This document shows, one piece after another, positions 37,749 through 50,831 of a DNA stretch of 64,000 bases. The translations under genes were made by a program, and so were the position numbers. The notes under the pieces were generated by a model. It made no database searches, was not told the origin of the DNA, and saw only the letters and a list, made by a program, of their open reading frames with translations. Numbering within the stretch: position 1 is the first letter of the stretch; the number at the start of each line of letters is the position of its first letter. The stretch comes from Octopus sinensis (taxonomy: Eukaryota): positions 18,104,001-18,168,000 of the forward strand of contig NC_043003.1 in NCBI RefSeq assembly GCF_006345805.1, in the 5' to 3' direction.

Positions 37749-38564
37749 TGTATGTATGTATTTATATATGTATGTATGGAGAGACAGATACATACACGTA
37801 TATGTGTATATACCCACACATACACACTCAAATGCTATTTGGACCAATCATTTCCGTTCCACTCTAAAAACAGCTGCATATTCTTTACGTATTTATATTA
37901 ACCATCATTCCACCACCTAACACTGTAATGTGACCTTAACCAGAAAATAAAACTCCTGTTGCTCTGGCAGAGATTAAACCTTATCTATTTTCCACAAAGC
38001 TTTGGATAGTGTTTGTTAGATAAAGAATTGGATAGAATCTTTAGAGGAGCTCAGCTTCTCTTATCTTGCTCATTTACAAAGCTATCATATGCGTAGTTTC
38101 TATTCAGTATAGATAACATCCGAGACAGAAATTTATTTATTTGTCTATTTATTCTATTCAAATGGTTTCAGGTTCTGTTTCACTCCATCAGAAAGGACAA
38201 GTACTTGCTACTGTAGCACCAGGCTGACCAAAGCCTTGTAAGTGGATTTGGTAGACAGAAACTGAAAGAAGCGCATGTGGGTTCTTCCTTCCTTCTCTTG
38301 ACATCATATGATAGTTGCAAATAAATGTCTCCATAGTACAGACTGTCATTCATTTCCAATCTTTCGCACAAAATATGTCTTGCCATGAGAAATATTAGCT
38401 TCCTTAGAAGCAGATGAGTGTTAGCGACAGGAAATGCATCCATTCGTGGAAAATCTGTTTCAATGAACTCTGTCTCCCATACAAGCTTGGAAAAGTGACC
38501 ATTAAATGATGATATTTTTAGGCCAGCTAACAGAATCATTAAGATGTTGGACAAGTGCAGGAGT

Positions 38565-38935
38565 GGCTTTGTTGTAAGTAGCTTGCTTACCAACCACATG
38601 GTTCCGGGTTCAGTCCCACTGCGTGGCACCTTGGGCAAGTATCTTCTACTATAGCCTCAGGCCTACCAAAGCCTTGTGAGTGGATTTGGTAGACGGAAAC
38701 TGAAAGAAGCCTGTTGTATATATGTATGTGTTTGTCCCCCCAACATCGCTTGACAACTGATGCTGGTGTGTTTACGTCCCTGTAACTTAGCAGTTCGGCA
38801 AAAGAGACCGATAGAATAAGTAGTAGGCTTACAAAGAATAAGTCCTAGGGTCGATTTGCTCGACTAAAGGCAGTGCTCCAGCATGGCCACAGTCAAATGA
38901 CTGAAACAAGTAAAAGAGAAAAAAGAGAGTAAAGA
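38565..38935 (+). mobile_element. SINE family 1
   Basis: Full head-to-tail match to other copies. Confidence 0.85.
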
Positions 38936-40418
38936 TGCTTAGCAGCATTTTGTCCATCTTTACATTCTGAGTTCAAACTCCACCAAGGGGCCAACTTTGC
39001 CTTTTATCCTTTCTAGGTCAGTAGAATAAGTACTTGTTGAGCACTGGAGTCAATGTAATTGGCTAGCCCCTCCTGCAGAATTTCAGTCCTAATGTAGAAA
39101 GGAATAGCATGTTCGGCAAAGAGCTTAGTGACATTTCACTCATCTTTATCTTCTGAGTTGAAATTCCGTCGAGGTTGACTTTGCATTTCACCCTTTCCAG
39201 GCTCAATAAAATAAGTACCAGTTGCATACTGGGGTCAATATAATTGACTAATGATCTCCCCAAAATTTTTAGGCCTTGTACCTATAACAGGAAGTAATAT
39301 TATAATTTCTTCTAAGTAAGAAAATTCAATCTGAGAATGATTTAGATGAATTCTGTATGAATATGGCCCTTTCAAGACCAATATTTCTATTAAAATATTT
39401 TACTCCAATGCCAAACTTTTTGAAGAAAGACTTAATATTCTTAATAGAATTCACTGTGTTTATTTTATTGTCTTGACAAGAATAATAAAAAAGGAAAATT
39501 AGATTGACCTTGGTAGGACTTCAACTCAGAACAAAGATGTCCAAAACTAAATACTAAATATGTATATGTTTGTATGACTGTGTTTGTCCCCCCAACATCG
39601 CTTGACAACCGATGCTGGCATGTTTACATCCCCCATAACTTAGCGGTTCGGCAAAAGAGACCAATAGAATAAATACTAGGCTTACAAAGAATATGTCCTG
39701 GGGTCGATTTGCTCGACTAAAGGCGGTGCTCCAGCATGGCCACAGTCAAATGACTGAAACATGTAAAAGAGTAAATATTTTATCTGACATGCTCAGAAAT
39801 ATCAATGCCTTTTAAGTTTCTCCTTTTAATGTTTCGTTTTTTAGATTTCTAGTTTTTTTTTCGTGATTTTATTTTATTTATTTCTTCACCCACCCTGCTT
39901 CTTATCAGACATCTAAGAGAGTATCCATCCATAATAGTCGCTGCTCTATAAGAACATTCTTGCTCTATAAGATGCCAGCCAGACGTGGCGCCTATATTTT
40001 TAATCTGAATCACTCCAGTCCACTGAAGTAACAAAATTTTGTTCAAAGTGTTTATATAGACTTGATTGTGCGAACATTTCACAATGCTCTATGAAAATGA
40101 AATTGCTTACTATGTACTTTATGAAATGTAGGTTAGTTTCATCATCATCATCATTATGTTTGCCCTCATTATCGTTTTGATGGCTAGTTTTCTATACATT
40201 CTTTGTGGTAGATAGCCTACAGTGACAGGGTGTTCTGTTGCTTAACCTCACCTTTTTTTTGTAAGTAACTTAATGTTTACTGACTGTCATGTTTTGAATT
40301 AGTCTTATATACTCCAGTGTATGTGTATATATATAGACATATGATGAAAAGACTTTGCCAGGTGGTGCTATTAAGTTAGACAAAGCCTGTGCCTATACTG
40401 GCTGAAACCTATCAAAGT

Positions 40419-40457
<39 letters not shown>

Positions 40458-41195
40458 GCACACACATACACACATATCTATAGCAGTTCAGCAAATTAAA
40501 CTGATAGAATAAGTAGCAGGCTTTCAAGGGGGAAAAAAAAAGGTAGTGGGGTGAATTCCTTCAATGAGAATTCTTCAAGGCTGTGCCCCAGCATGGCCAC
40601 AGTCTAATGACTTGAATGAGTAAAAGATGAAAGAGATAGATGATGCTTTTATATATATATATATATATATTTATATGTATATATAAAATGTAATATACAC
40701 TTACAATCATATGACAGACTTTTTCTTCAGTTTCTATCTACCAATTTCACTCACAAGACTATATAGCAGCAAACAGTTGCTCAAGGTGCTGCAGTGTTGA
40801 ACTGAACCTGAAACCAAGTGGTTACTTATATACTTTCTGTTTACAAGTCACCTCACAAAAGAATTGTTCCTTGTTGCATTTCACAAGATTAAATTATATG
40901 GTGTCATAATGAATGGTATGATGAAAGCTATTGTGTGTCATACGCCTGTAATTATATACCTAGGTACAGGTGTTTTACACAATAGACATTGTGTAGAGTT
41001 CTATCACTGCCACTTAGCAAACCTTGTGCTGAGTCTGTTATTTTGATTTTCATTTTATGCTATGTCTGCTAAACACTCAGAAGTAACACTCAACATGGGA
41101 CATCATTAGCCCTTTTGTTACCAACCTGCCTGAATCCACCACTGGTTCTATGATGCAAACTTAATGTTTTAAAGCAGTAATACTCAACATGGGAC

Positions 41196-41495
41196 TTGTT
41201 CCTTCTTGAGCCATGCCTGGCTCATAAGGGCTGGTTTCCCAGTTTCTTGGCGTATAGGTTCCTCACCTGGACGGGACACCGGTCCATCGCAGGTGAGCTG
41301 CAAGATGCAGGAGGAAAGAGTAAGAGAAAGTTGTGGCGAAAGAGTCAGCAGAAGTTTCGCCATTACCTTCTGTCGGAGCCGCGTGGAGCTTAGGTGTTTC
41401 GCTCATAAACACACACATCATCCGCTCTGGGATTCGAACCCGCGATCCCTCGACCGCGAGTTCGCTGCTCTAACCACTAGGCCATGTGCCTCCAC
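41196..41495 (-). mobile_element. tRNA-derived SINE family 3 with TSD
   Basis: 11-bp TSD CAACATGGGAC at 41185-41195 and 41496-41506. A-box TGGCCTAGTGG, B-box GGTTCGAATCC and a 3' stem-loop GAGCCA-GGCA-TGGCTC. Confidence 0.92.
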
Positions 41496-41624
41496 CAACA
41501 TGGGACATCATTGCCTATGGACCTTTTTTATTCCTACTTTACCGTAACCATTTGATGTATGTAAAAAAAAATCCTACTATATTTTTATAATCAAATATTA
41601 GGAATTGTATAAAAACAAAATTAA

Positions 41625-42068
41625 GAGCGTAGGCAAGAAAGATATGCATCTGGAAGGACTTGTCCCAAACTTTGGCATCGAGAGTTACACAAATACTAGA
41701 ACTGGGTGCCACTGCATAGTACCAAGGACTCCAAATTTGCCATCAAGATGTAGGACAAGATACTGCAATAGCCTGGGCTTCCGAGGCCCACAGCTTTTCA
41801 ATATCCTCCCGAAGAACCTAAGAGACCTGCATGGGGTGGATGCAGATGTCTTTAAAATGAAACTGGATCTCTTCTTGTCAGGTATCCCAGATGAACCAAC
41901 TTCGCGGCAGGAGGTGCAGATGAGGGCAGCTGCATCAAACTCTCTCATGCACCAAATGTCAATTGCTAGAAAACATTCATGAAGTAAAATTATGTAGCAA
42001 CACCAAATGGCGGTGCCCCAGCATGGCCACAGCTCATGAGCTGAAACTAGATGAAATTAAAAAAAAAA
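41625..42068 (+). mobile_element. L2/CR1-group LINE 3' fragment (same family as 14587)
   Basis: ERRQERYA / LEGLVPNFG...CNSLGFRGPQLFNILPKNLRDL...FKMKLDLFLSGIPDEP, then tail GGCGGTGCCCCAGCATGGCCACAG and an A-rich end. Confidence 0.88.
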
Positions 42069-43069
42069 GGATATTTTGTGCATTATAGAAATATAAGCAA
42101 TTTATTGCACATAGATTTTATCAACAAAATCTTACATGGACCCCCAAGGGCCATAAGGACTCTGGTTGATCATCATCATGAAAACCTTCCATCACCATTT
42201 TATGTTAGTTTACCTTCTCAATATCAGTGGTTAGAGCATTGGGCTCACAACCATGAGGTAGTGGGTTCAATTCTTAGACCACTTTGTGTGTTGTTCATTG
42301 TTCCAGTTCACTCAGCTGTAGAAATAAGTTGCGACGTCACTGGTGCCAAGCTGTATTAGCTTTTGCTTTTCCCTTGGATAACATATTGGTGGCAGAGAGA
42401 GGGGAGGCCGGTATGCATGGGCGACTGCTGTTTTCCTTAAAAAAAACCCACTTGATGACCCATGTTGGTTTGCTTATGTCTCTGTAAACAAACCAACATT
42501 GTGGCTTTTCAGCAAAAATGACCTATAGAGTAAGTACCATATAATAAGCAAGTGCCAAAAAAAATTAAATACTAAGGGTGTGGGAAGGGGATTGATTTGT
42601 TCAACTATACCCTTCAAGGCGGTACCCCAGCATGGCCACAGTCCAATGACTGAAACAAGTAGGAGATAAAAGACATGTACACTGTATCATATTATTCAAT
42701 ATATTTGCAGTCTTGGCAAAGAGCTTGAAGCATGTTTCGTTGCCAATTGCTTGTAAATAATACCGTTGTATGAGAATGTTTCAGGAGTATTGGAGTGTGT
42801 AACATTAATTCAAAGCATGGCAGTAAGATTCCTGAATTTTTGGCAGAGGACTCCATGTGTTCAGAGTCCAAATGTCAGTGTGTTTCTATGCTGCACCATC
42901 AGCATCAATGATGCTTGTTTCTGCCAATAGAAGAGACAGTTACACTGTAACTTTAAGCTGATGTCTGAGGAAAAACAATATCTCTTAGCATAAGCTGAAT
43001 CAATTAGTGTATGTTGTATTAGTAAATAATGCTAGGCACAAGTGTGGTATATATATATATATATGTATA

Positions 43070-44178
43070 TAGTAATTCCTTGCCATATTGCGGTTCACTT
43101 ATCATGCACTCAGTACATCGCGGATTTTTCTGGTTTATATATGTAAATTTATATTGTGAACTCCTCAGTATATTGCAGGTTTCTGCGGCCGATAGATATT
43201 TATACATTTTGGGCTGTGTGGTAAGTAGCTTGCTTACGAACCACATGGTTCCGGGTTCAATCCCACTGCGTGGCACCTTGGGCAAGTGTCTTCTACTATA
43301 GCCTTGGGCCGACCAAAGCCTTATGAGTGGATTTGGTTGACGGAAACTGAAAGAAGCCCATCGTCTATATGTATATATATATATATATGTATATAGTTAC
43401 TCCAAACATGAACAAAGAGAAAACACAACAACGTGAGGACATGGAAGAAGTATAGTGTTATTGGACACTCAGGAAAGGAAAGAAAGAAGGAGGATTTAAT
43501 GTTTCGAGTGGAGCTCTTCGTCAGAAACATAGAAAAAGGAAAGGTCCAAAGAAGGGAAGACGGAGGAAAAAAAAATCGCCAACGATACACACGCAGTCAC
43601 ATATTGAACTGACCGGAAGGGAATGGGTGTATATATATGTATATGTATGTGTGTGTGTATATGTTTGTGTGTCTGTGTTTTGCCCTGCAACTTCGCTTGA
43701 CAACTGATGCTGGTGTGTTTACTTCCCTGTAACTTAATGGTTCGGCAAAAGAGACCAATAGAATAAGTACTAGAGGCGATTTGTTCAACTAAAGGCAGTG
43801 CTCCAGCATGGCCACAGTCAAATGACTGAAACAAGTAAAAGAGTAAAAAGAGCAAAGAGTATAGATTTTAATTATTTCTGTGGTAAAATAAGCATTTTCA
43901 TGCCTAAAAATAAATATATAAATAAAAACAGAGTACAGTACTTCACTGTATAGTACATTGATTAAAATATATGGAAAGAAAATACATAGAGTATCGTAGA
44001 TGAGTAAACAAAGAATCGCACATACTGTACGGAAAACGAAACTCGGGAGGTGAATATATACAAATTATAAAAATGCTAAAAAAATATATTACAATACAGT
44101 ACTGTCACTACTTCGTAGATTTTCACCTATTGCAGGAGGTTTTGGAACGTAACACCCATGATAGTCGAGGGATTATGG
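43070..44178. mobile_element. Degenerate Tigger-like MITE with a nested SINE and hammerhead element
   Basis: Diverged TIRs (T)AGTAATTCCTTGCCATATTGCGG / CCATGATAGTCGAGGGATTATGG with TA at both ends. Confidence 0.5.
43396..43608 (-). mobile_element. Second copy of the hammerhead-bearing ~210-bp element
   Basis: Reverse complement of 3726-3936; hammerhead motif at 43494-43528 with two G>A changes. Inside the microsatellite of a plus-strand family-1 SINE. Confidence 0.65.
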
Positions 44179-44206
44179 TACATACATTATATATATATAT
44201 TTATAT

Positions 44207-44250
<44 letters not shown>

Positions 44251-44490
44251 TCATCATCGTTTAACGTCTGTTTTTCATGCTGGCATGGATTGGACAATTT
44301 GAGTGAGGACTGGTGAACCAGATGGCTGCACCAGGCTCCAATCTTGATCTAGCAGAGTTTCTACAGCTGGATGCCCTTCCTAACGCCAACCACTCCAAGA
44401 GTGTAGTGGGTGCTTTTACATGCCACCGGTATGGGAGGGCCAGTCAGGCGGTACTGGCAACAACCTTGCTCGAATGTTTTTTCACGTGCA

Positions 44491-45250
44491 TCTCTTATTA
44501 TAAAAGGCAGATTTTATCTGCCTCCCTTTGTCAGTTATAGAAATCTACAATATAGGATTTCTTCAATTACAATTTACCTAGCATTTTTAAGAGTAGAATG
44601 CATCGGGTCATGCCAGGTCCAGTTTTTAAAATTTAAACTCCAATTAAGCAAAATTTACAGAAAACTCACATTCTGGTGTGTATGTCAAATGCTTTTCTTA
44701 ATGTGGTTTACACCACACGCACACGCACACACACAGTGTGCAACGAATAAAGTGAAAGTAATTCACTGTGTGTGTGTTGACAGGTAGACAATAGAATGCG
44801 ATGGCAATGGCGATGTAATATTTGTTTCTGTCTATCACGCTGATAGATACATGAGTAAAATGTATGGCAAGCTAAGAGATAAGAGTGAGTGAAAATGTTC
44901 TTGGAAGAGAGTAAATAGCGACAGAGTGATTTGAGGAAGACTAAACTGAAAGTATTTCTATAAAACGGATCACTCATGCTATCAACATAATTTCTCCCAC
45001 TTTCTCTTTGCAAGTGTACCTTAAACCACTACTCAAAATATAAAAAAAACACAGCAAACAGAAACAAATAAATACATAACGATTTATTCCTCACACAATT
45101 TCTTCAATTAGAGTTTACCTAAGATTTTTCAAAGTACTCCATTCGGTCATGCCATAACAAATTTCTTTCAATTTCACCCCCAATTAAGACAAAATTTGAG
45201 AAAACTCAATATTTTAACATTTCACTCCAAAAGCATTGATGTACATGTGT
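44491..45250 (+). mobile_element. Helitron-like 5' region with a ~110-bp internal direct repeat
   Basis: A|TCTCTTATTATAAAA start; diverged repeats at 44557-44668 and 45098-45208. The 3' CTAG end was not identified. Confidence 0.4.
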
Positions 45251-46388
45251 GCGTGCGTGAGTGTGTGTGTGTGTGTTTGATGGGTTGTGCGACACAGAAA
45301 GTGTGGTGTGTAAGTGAAGTGCTTTTGTTAGTGTGTGTAAAGAGACAGAGAGAATGAAAGACAGAAATAACTGAACTTTTTTTATTCACTTTTTGTAGTG
45401 AGTGACTGAGAGAGAAAAGAGAGAGAGAGGTTATGTATGTATATATGTATGTATGGCTTCAGTGACACACACACACAAAAACACATACCTACGTACACCT
45501 AAAGCACGCACACACACACACACAAGCGGAGCGCGAACTTCAAAATTTTGGTAGTATTAATTTGCGAGCGTACTTCTAAGCGCGCGTAATTGAAAGTTTT
45601 CACTATGATATCATCACGTGCGAAAAAATTCGAAGGGTTTTGAACAATTGAGATACAGATGTCACGCCTGTATTGAAACCATTGCTAAGCTGCCGTAATT
45701 GCTTAATTAAGACTTTGTTTAAATTGAAAGGGGCAAATATGTGATGAGGTTGAAAAAAAATACCCCAGAAAAAAAAATGTACTGCTGGTATTTATATAAT
45801 TCACTACTATTTTGCTACAATGTCATGAAAAAGAAAAAATTTAGGTATGTACAACATATATTATACATTTTTTCTATTCATTCAACGGAAATAAAAAAAT
45901 CGAATTCACCACCCCCTTTTCCCCGTTCGCGTTTGTGTAAAAAAAATTATTATCTAAGTTTTAAAAATTATTTACTTTGTTCAAAAAATATTAATATTAA
46001 TTAATTTTCAAGAATTATTTAATTTTATTCTGTAAAATAGTAATTAATTCATTTATCTGTAAATCCGCGAGGTTGTTACTCAGGCACCTAGAAATAGCAG
46101 CCAGATTTTTATATTCTAAATAATTTGCAATTTCAAAAAATATATAAATTTTGCGTTATTTAATTTGATAAATTCTACGGAATAATTTTGCGCGTTATAT
46201 ACGTTCGCGTTTCTGTAAAAAAAAGTAATTATTTAAGGGCGATCGAGTATCGAGTACCTACGTCTGGCTCGCACGCGCGAATCCGCGTGTGCGCAACCGG
46301 GACCACTCTGCGATACAAGTACCCATATATACATCCATACATACATGTGTGTGTGTGTCTATGTATGTGTATTAATGTGTGTGTGTTA

Positions 46389-46746
46389 TCTCTATATAAA
46401 GCTAAAGTTGTCTGTGTGCGCCACGTTTGGTAACCTTCAACTAACACTATCTCCTCCGAGACCCTGCGGTGCAAGTTGACCAAAATTGAGAGTATGATAG
46501 AAGAAGGGTTGCTCTTCCTTCCGTAGAACATAAAATTCAAATCGGACCATGTTAACACCAAAAATTATTTACATCAAAAAGATGCTTTTTTCTATAAAAA
46601 TCCCTATTTTTTACGATTTTTTCACTGCTGTGTTGCCACTTTTCAGTGTATTTCGACCAGAAAAATGTTCGCAAAATTTTTACTTTTCAAAGTTACAATT
46701 CCAGCAGGTCGAAACAAACCCGAGCAACGCCGGGCGATACTGCTAG
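46389..46746 (+). mobile_element. Non-autonomous Helitron, complete ends
   Basis: 5' TC, subterminal hairpin CCCGAGCAACGCCGGG and 3' CTAG; inserted between A and T with no TSD. Confidence 0.85.
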
Positions 46747-48058
46747 TATATATATATAGGATGGTCTTCTTTTAGTTTCTGTCTACCAAATTCACTCACA
46801 AGGTTTTAGTCAACCCAGTGCTTTAGTAGAAGACACTTGCCAAAGTTACCATACAGTGGGACTGAACCCAGAACCATGTGGTTGGAAAGCAGACTTCTTA
46901 CTACACCTGTGTGTATGTGTATGTGTGTGTTTGTGTGTAAGACAGTCTTCTTTCAGTTTCCGACTCTTAGACTCCCTCACAAAGCAATGGTCAGCCAGGG
47001 GCTATAGGGCTATAGTAGGAAACACTTGGCAAAGGTGCTATGCAGTGGGACTGAACCCAAAACTGTGGTTAGGAAGCAAATTCTTAACCACGTACCCATA
47101 CCTATATATATTATCACTTAATATAATATCTTACATCATTTTAGGGTCTAGTGCTAACTAGTATGTTATATTATGAAGCAGGCTGATAAAGAATAGTGTA
47201 TATATACCAAGAGATTATGTAACTGAATACACAGTAGATTGTGAGGTTTGAAGTCCAGACTCCATTTATCAATTTCATAGTCTGTAGTTAAAAATACACG
47301 CTTCATCGTTATGTTGTTATTGCTAATTAGCTCTGAATCATTTTGCTGATGTTCTTTTAATTAAGTCATAATCAGTTTGTTGTTCTTTTAATTAACTCCT
47401 AATCATTTTGTTGTTGTTTGGGTTTTTTTCTAATTAACTTATAATCAGCTTGAGGGGAAAATATCTACTGTTTAGCTCAAGTCAGCCTGACAGAAAAGCT
47501 ATTCCAGCCATGACCATCCATCTCAATATTTCAGGCATAATGCATCTAGAACTATATTATCCAGTGTAATTTGAAGGAAAGTTAGCTGGTATTGCTAGCT
47601 GATCAAATGACCACATAGAGGATATATTTAATAACCTTGTATTTGTTGCATAGATAGACCTAAGATAGATGTGATCAAGCAGACCTGTGGCATTTTAGTA
47701 CTCAGTTAAATCTTTTATCTTTTACTTGTTTCGGTCAGTGCACTCTGGCCATGCTGGAGCATCACCCTGAAGGGTTAGTAAAAGTAATCGACGCCAGTAC
47801 TTATTTTTTTTTTGTTATGGCTGGAACTTATACTGTTGGTCTCTTTTGCTGAACTGCTAAGTTACAGGTAATAAAGAAACCAAAAGCAGTGTCAGTCAGT
47901 GGTGGAGCACAAATACAGACACGTGTGTGTGTAGGTATGTGTGTGTGTGTATACATATCACTACTAGTCAAGTGCTAGGATCAATATAATTGACTAACTT
48001 CACCACCCCTATAATTGCTAGCCTTGTGCCAAAACTTTGAAACAGTTGTCATTATTAT

Positions 48059-49240
48059 TAAGGTGGCGAACTGGCAGAAACATTAGCACGCCGGGCGAAC
48101 TGCTTAGGGGTATTTCGTCCGCCGCTACGTTCTGAGTTCAAATTCCGTCGAGGTCGACTTTGCCTTTCATCCTTTCGGGGTCGATTAAATAAGTACCAGT
48201 TACGCACTGGGGTCAATATAATCGACTTAGTCCATTTGTCTGTCCTTGGTTGTCCTCTCTGTGTTTAGCCCCTTGTGGGTAGTAAAGAAATAAGTATTTC
48301 GTCTGCTGTTACATTCTGAGTTCAAATTCCACCGAGGTCGACTTTGCCTTTCATCCTTTCGGGGTCGATTAAATAAGTACCAGTTACGCACCAGGGTCGG
48401 TATAATCAACTTAATCCGTTTGTCTGTCATTGTTTGTCCTCTGTGTGTTTAGCCCCTTGTGGGTAGTAAAGAAATAGGTATTTTACCCATCACTACATTC
48501 TGAGTTCAAATTCTGCCAAGGTCGACGTTACCTTTCATCCTTTCAGGGTTGATAAATTAAGTACCAGTGAAACACTCAGGTGGCTATAATCGACTAGTCC
48601 CCTCTCCACAAATTTCAAGCCTTGTGCCTATAGTAGAGAGGATTATTATTATTATTATTATTATATTATTATTATTAAGACAGCGAGCTGGAAGAATCAT
48701 TAGCACATTGGGAAAAATGCTTAGTGATGTTTCATCTGTCTTTACATTCTGAGTTCAAATTCCGCCAAGGTCGACTTTGCCCTTCATCCTTTCAGGGTCG
48801 ATAGAATAAGTGCCAGTTGAGCACTAGATCAATGTCATCAACTATCTCCCTCCCTGGAGTCAATGTAATCGACTTAATCCTTTTGTCTGTCCTTGTTTGT
48901 ACCCTCTCTGTTTAGCCCCTTGTGGGCAATAAAGAAATAAATATTTGAGTTGGATATGGCCAATTAAACATTAGAGGTTTAAATTGACACTCTACTTCCT
49001 ACACATGAAGAAGGAATTGATGTTACCAGTCTATAACTATTCTAGAAATATCTATTGCAAATTTTGGTACAAGGCCAGCAATTTCTGGGGAGAGGCTAAG
49101 TCGATTTCATCAACTGCAGTGCTTAACTGGTGCTTATTTTATCAGTCTTGAAAGGATGAAAGCCAAGTCAACCTTGGTGAAATTTGAACTCAAAATGTAA
49201 AGACAGACGAAATACTGCTAATTAATTCTGCAGCTGCCAC
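48059..49240. mobile_element. Cluster of about 6 family-2 SINE units, mostly head-to-tail
   Basis: Repeated TTCTGAGTTCAAATTC..GGTCGAC..TTTCATCCTTT cores, with one inverted copy at the right end. Confidence 0.85.
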
Positions 49241-50599
49241 CTGACTATTCAAGAAATATTAAGAAGACTTATTTTTGCATGATGTGATATGATGGTAAAT
49301 TCCTTAAAATTCTTGCATCGTTAAGTAAAGATTTTAAAATTCCTAAAATAGCTAAACTGACTCATTGAAATTTTCTTTTTTTAATATTGCAAATTCCTTA
49401 TATGAAATTAATGTTAACCGCACAAATATTCCATCAGGTAATTTAATCTTTCAGTTTCATAAGTAGAAAACAGAAAGAAATTAAAAATATTTATTCCTTT
49501 GGAGAATATAAAAGACTAACAATATAAAAGCAGCTCCTTCATCTCCTGTACTCTTAGATGACCATGTTGTAATGTTTGGTGGTGTGTTTATGAGAAAACT
49601 CTGAAGATTGTGTTGAAAATAGGCTCAAGCATGGCTTTGTGCTAAGAAGCTTTCTTCCCAACTTCCCAACCACATGGTTCCAGGTTCAGTCCCACTGCAT
49701 GGTACTCTGGGCAAATGTCTTCTATTATAGCCCCAGGTTGACCAAAGCCTTGTGAATGGACTTGGTAGAAGGAAACTATAAGAAGCCCACATGTATATCA
49801 GCTGTAAAACCCATGTCAAAACAGACAATGTGACATGAGAGATGGTTTTTGTGTTATGTAGGCTATCAACCCCAAGTATTCATCTGGTACTGTATTTTAT
49901 TGTCCCTGGAAGGGGTGAAAGGCAAAGTTGACCACAGTGAGATTTGAACTCAAAATAAATGAGCAAATGAAGAACCAGAACAAATACTGGCAATCTAATG
50001 ATTCTGTAAATCTACCAAGATTTCATTGACTCTTTGGTTTGCTTTACATTAGAAAAAAATTTAATGAAAGCAATTGTCTTTTGTTTGACACAATAATAGG
50101 TTTGCAATGAATACCTGTCTAGCTCACCTGCTGAAATTGCTATCTTTCAAGCTACACACTAGTTTCAAAGGAAAGATTCATGTCTTATTCTTTCATTCGA
50201 TTTCTCTTTTGTTCTCCTGCTATTAACTCTTCTCCATATCATTTGTTTCCTTACAATAACAGCATGAATTTTACTCTATTTTTATCATCACCAAGTCCAT
50301 CCTCATCATTGGTTTTGTTGCTATTTTCCTCATCATCAACCTTGTCACCAACATTATCATCATCATCATTATCATTGTCATCATAGTCACCATAGTGATC
50401 ATCATCATCATCATCATTTCCTTATCATAGCTGTCCCTTCTGGTTCTAAATTAGATATTGGTTGTTGTCGCCTTTATCATTCATTCTTCAGGAGGACAGT
50501 GGGTAGGAACAATTAAATATAATGCCAGTTAAGTACTGGACTCAATTTAATCAACTACAACTTCTTCCCAAATTTCTAGCTTTTTTTCCTCCTCCTCCT

Positions 50600-50831
50600 C
50601 CTCCTCATCATCATCATCGTTTAACATCCGCTTTCCATGCCAACATGGGTTGGACGATTTGACTGAGGACTGGTGAACCAGATGGCTGCACCAGGCTCCA
50701 ATCTGATCTGGCAGAGTTTCTACAGATTGGAGCCTGGTGCAGCCATCTGGTTCACCAGTCCTTAGTCAAATGATCCAACCCATGCTGGCATGGAAAACAG
50801 ACATTAAACGATGAGGATGATGATGATGAGG
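50600..50831. repeat. Fold-back inverted repeat of the RTE 3' end (~105-bp arms, 17-nt loop)
   Basis: Left arm ends CTCCAATCTG (50705), right arm starts CAGATTGGAG (50723); loop 50706-50722. Confidence 0.93.

Noticed and set aside
41410-41495. tRNA gene
   Set aside because: A and B boxes are present but there is no acceptor stem. It continues into a SINE body flanked by a TSD, and the same applies to the other SINE heads.
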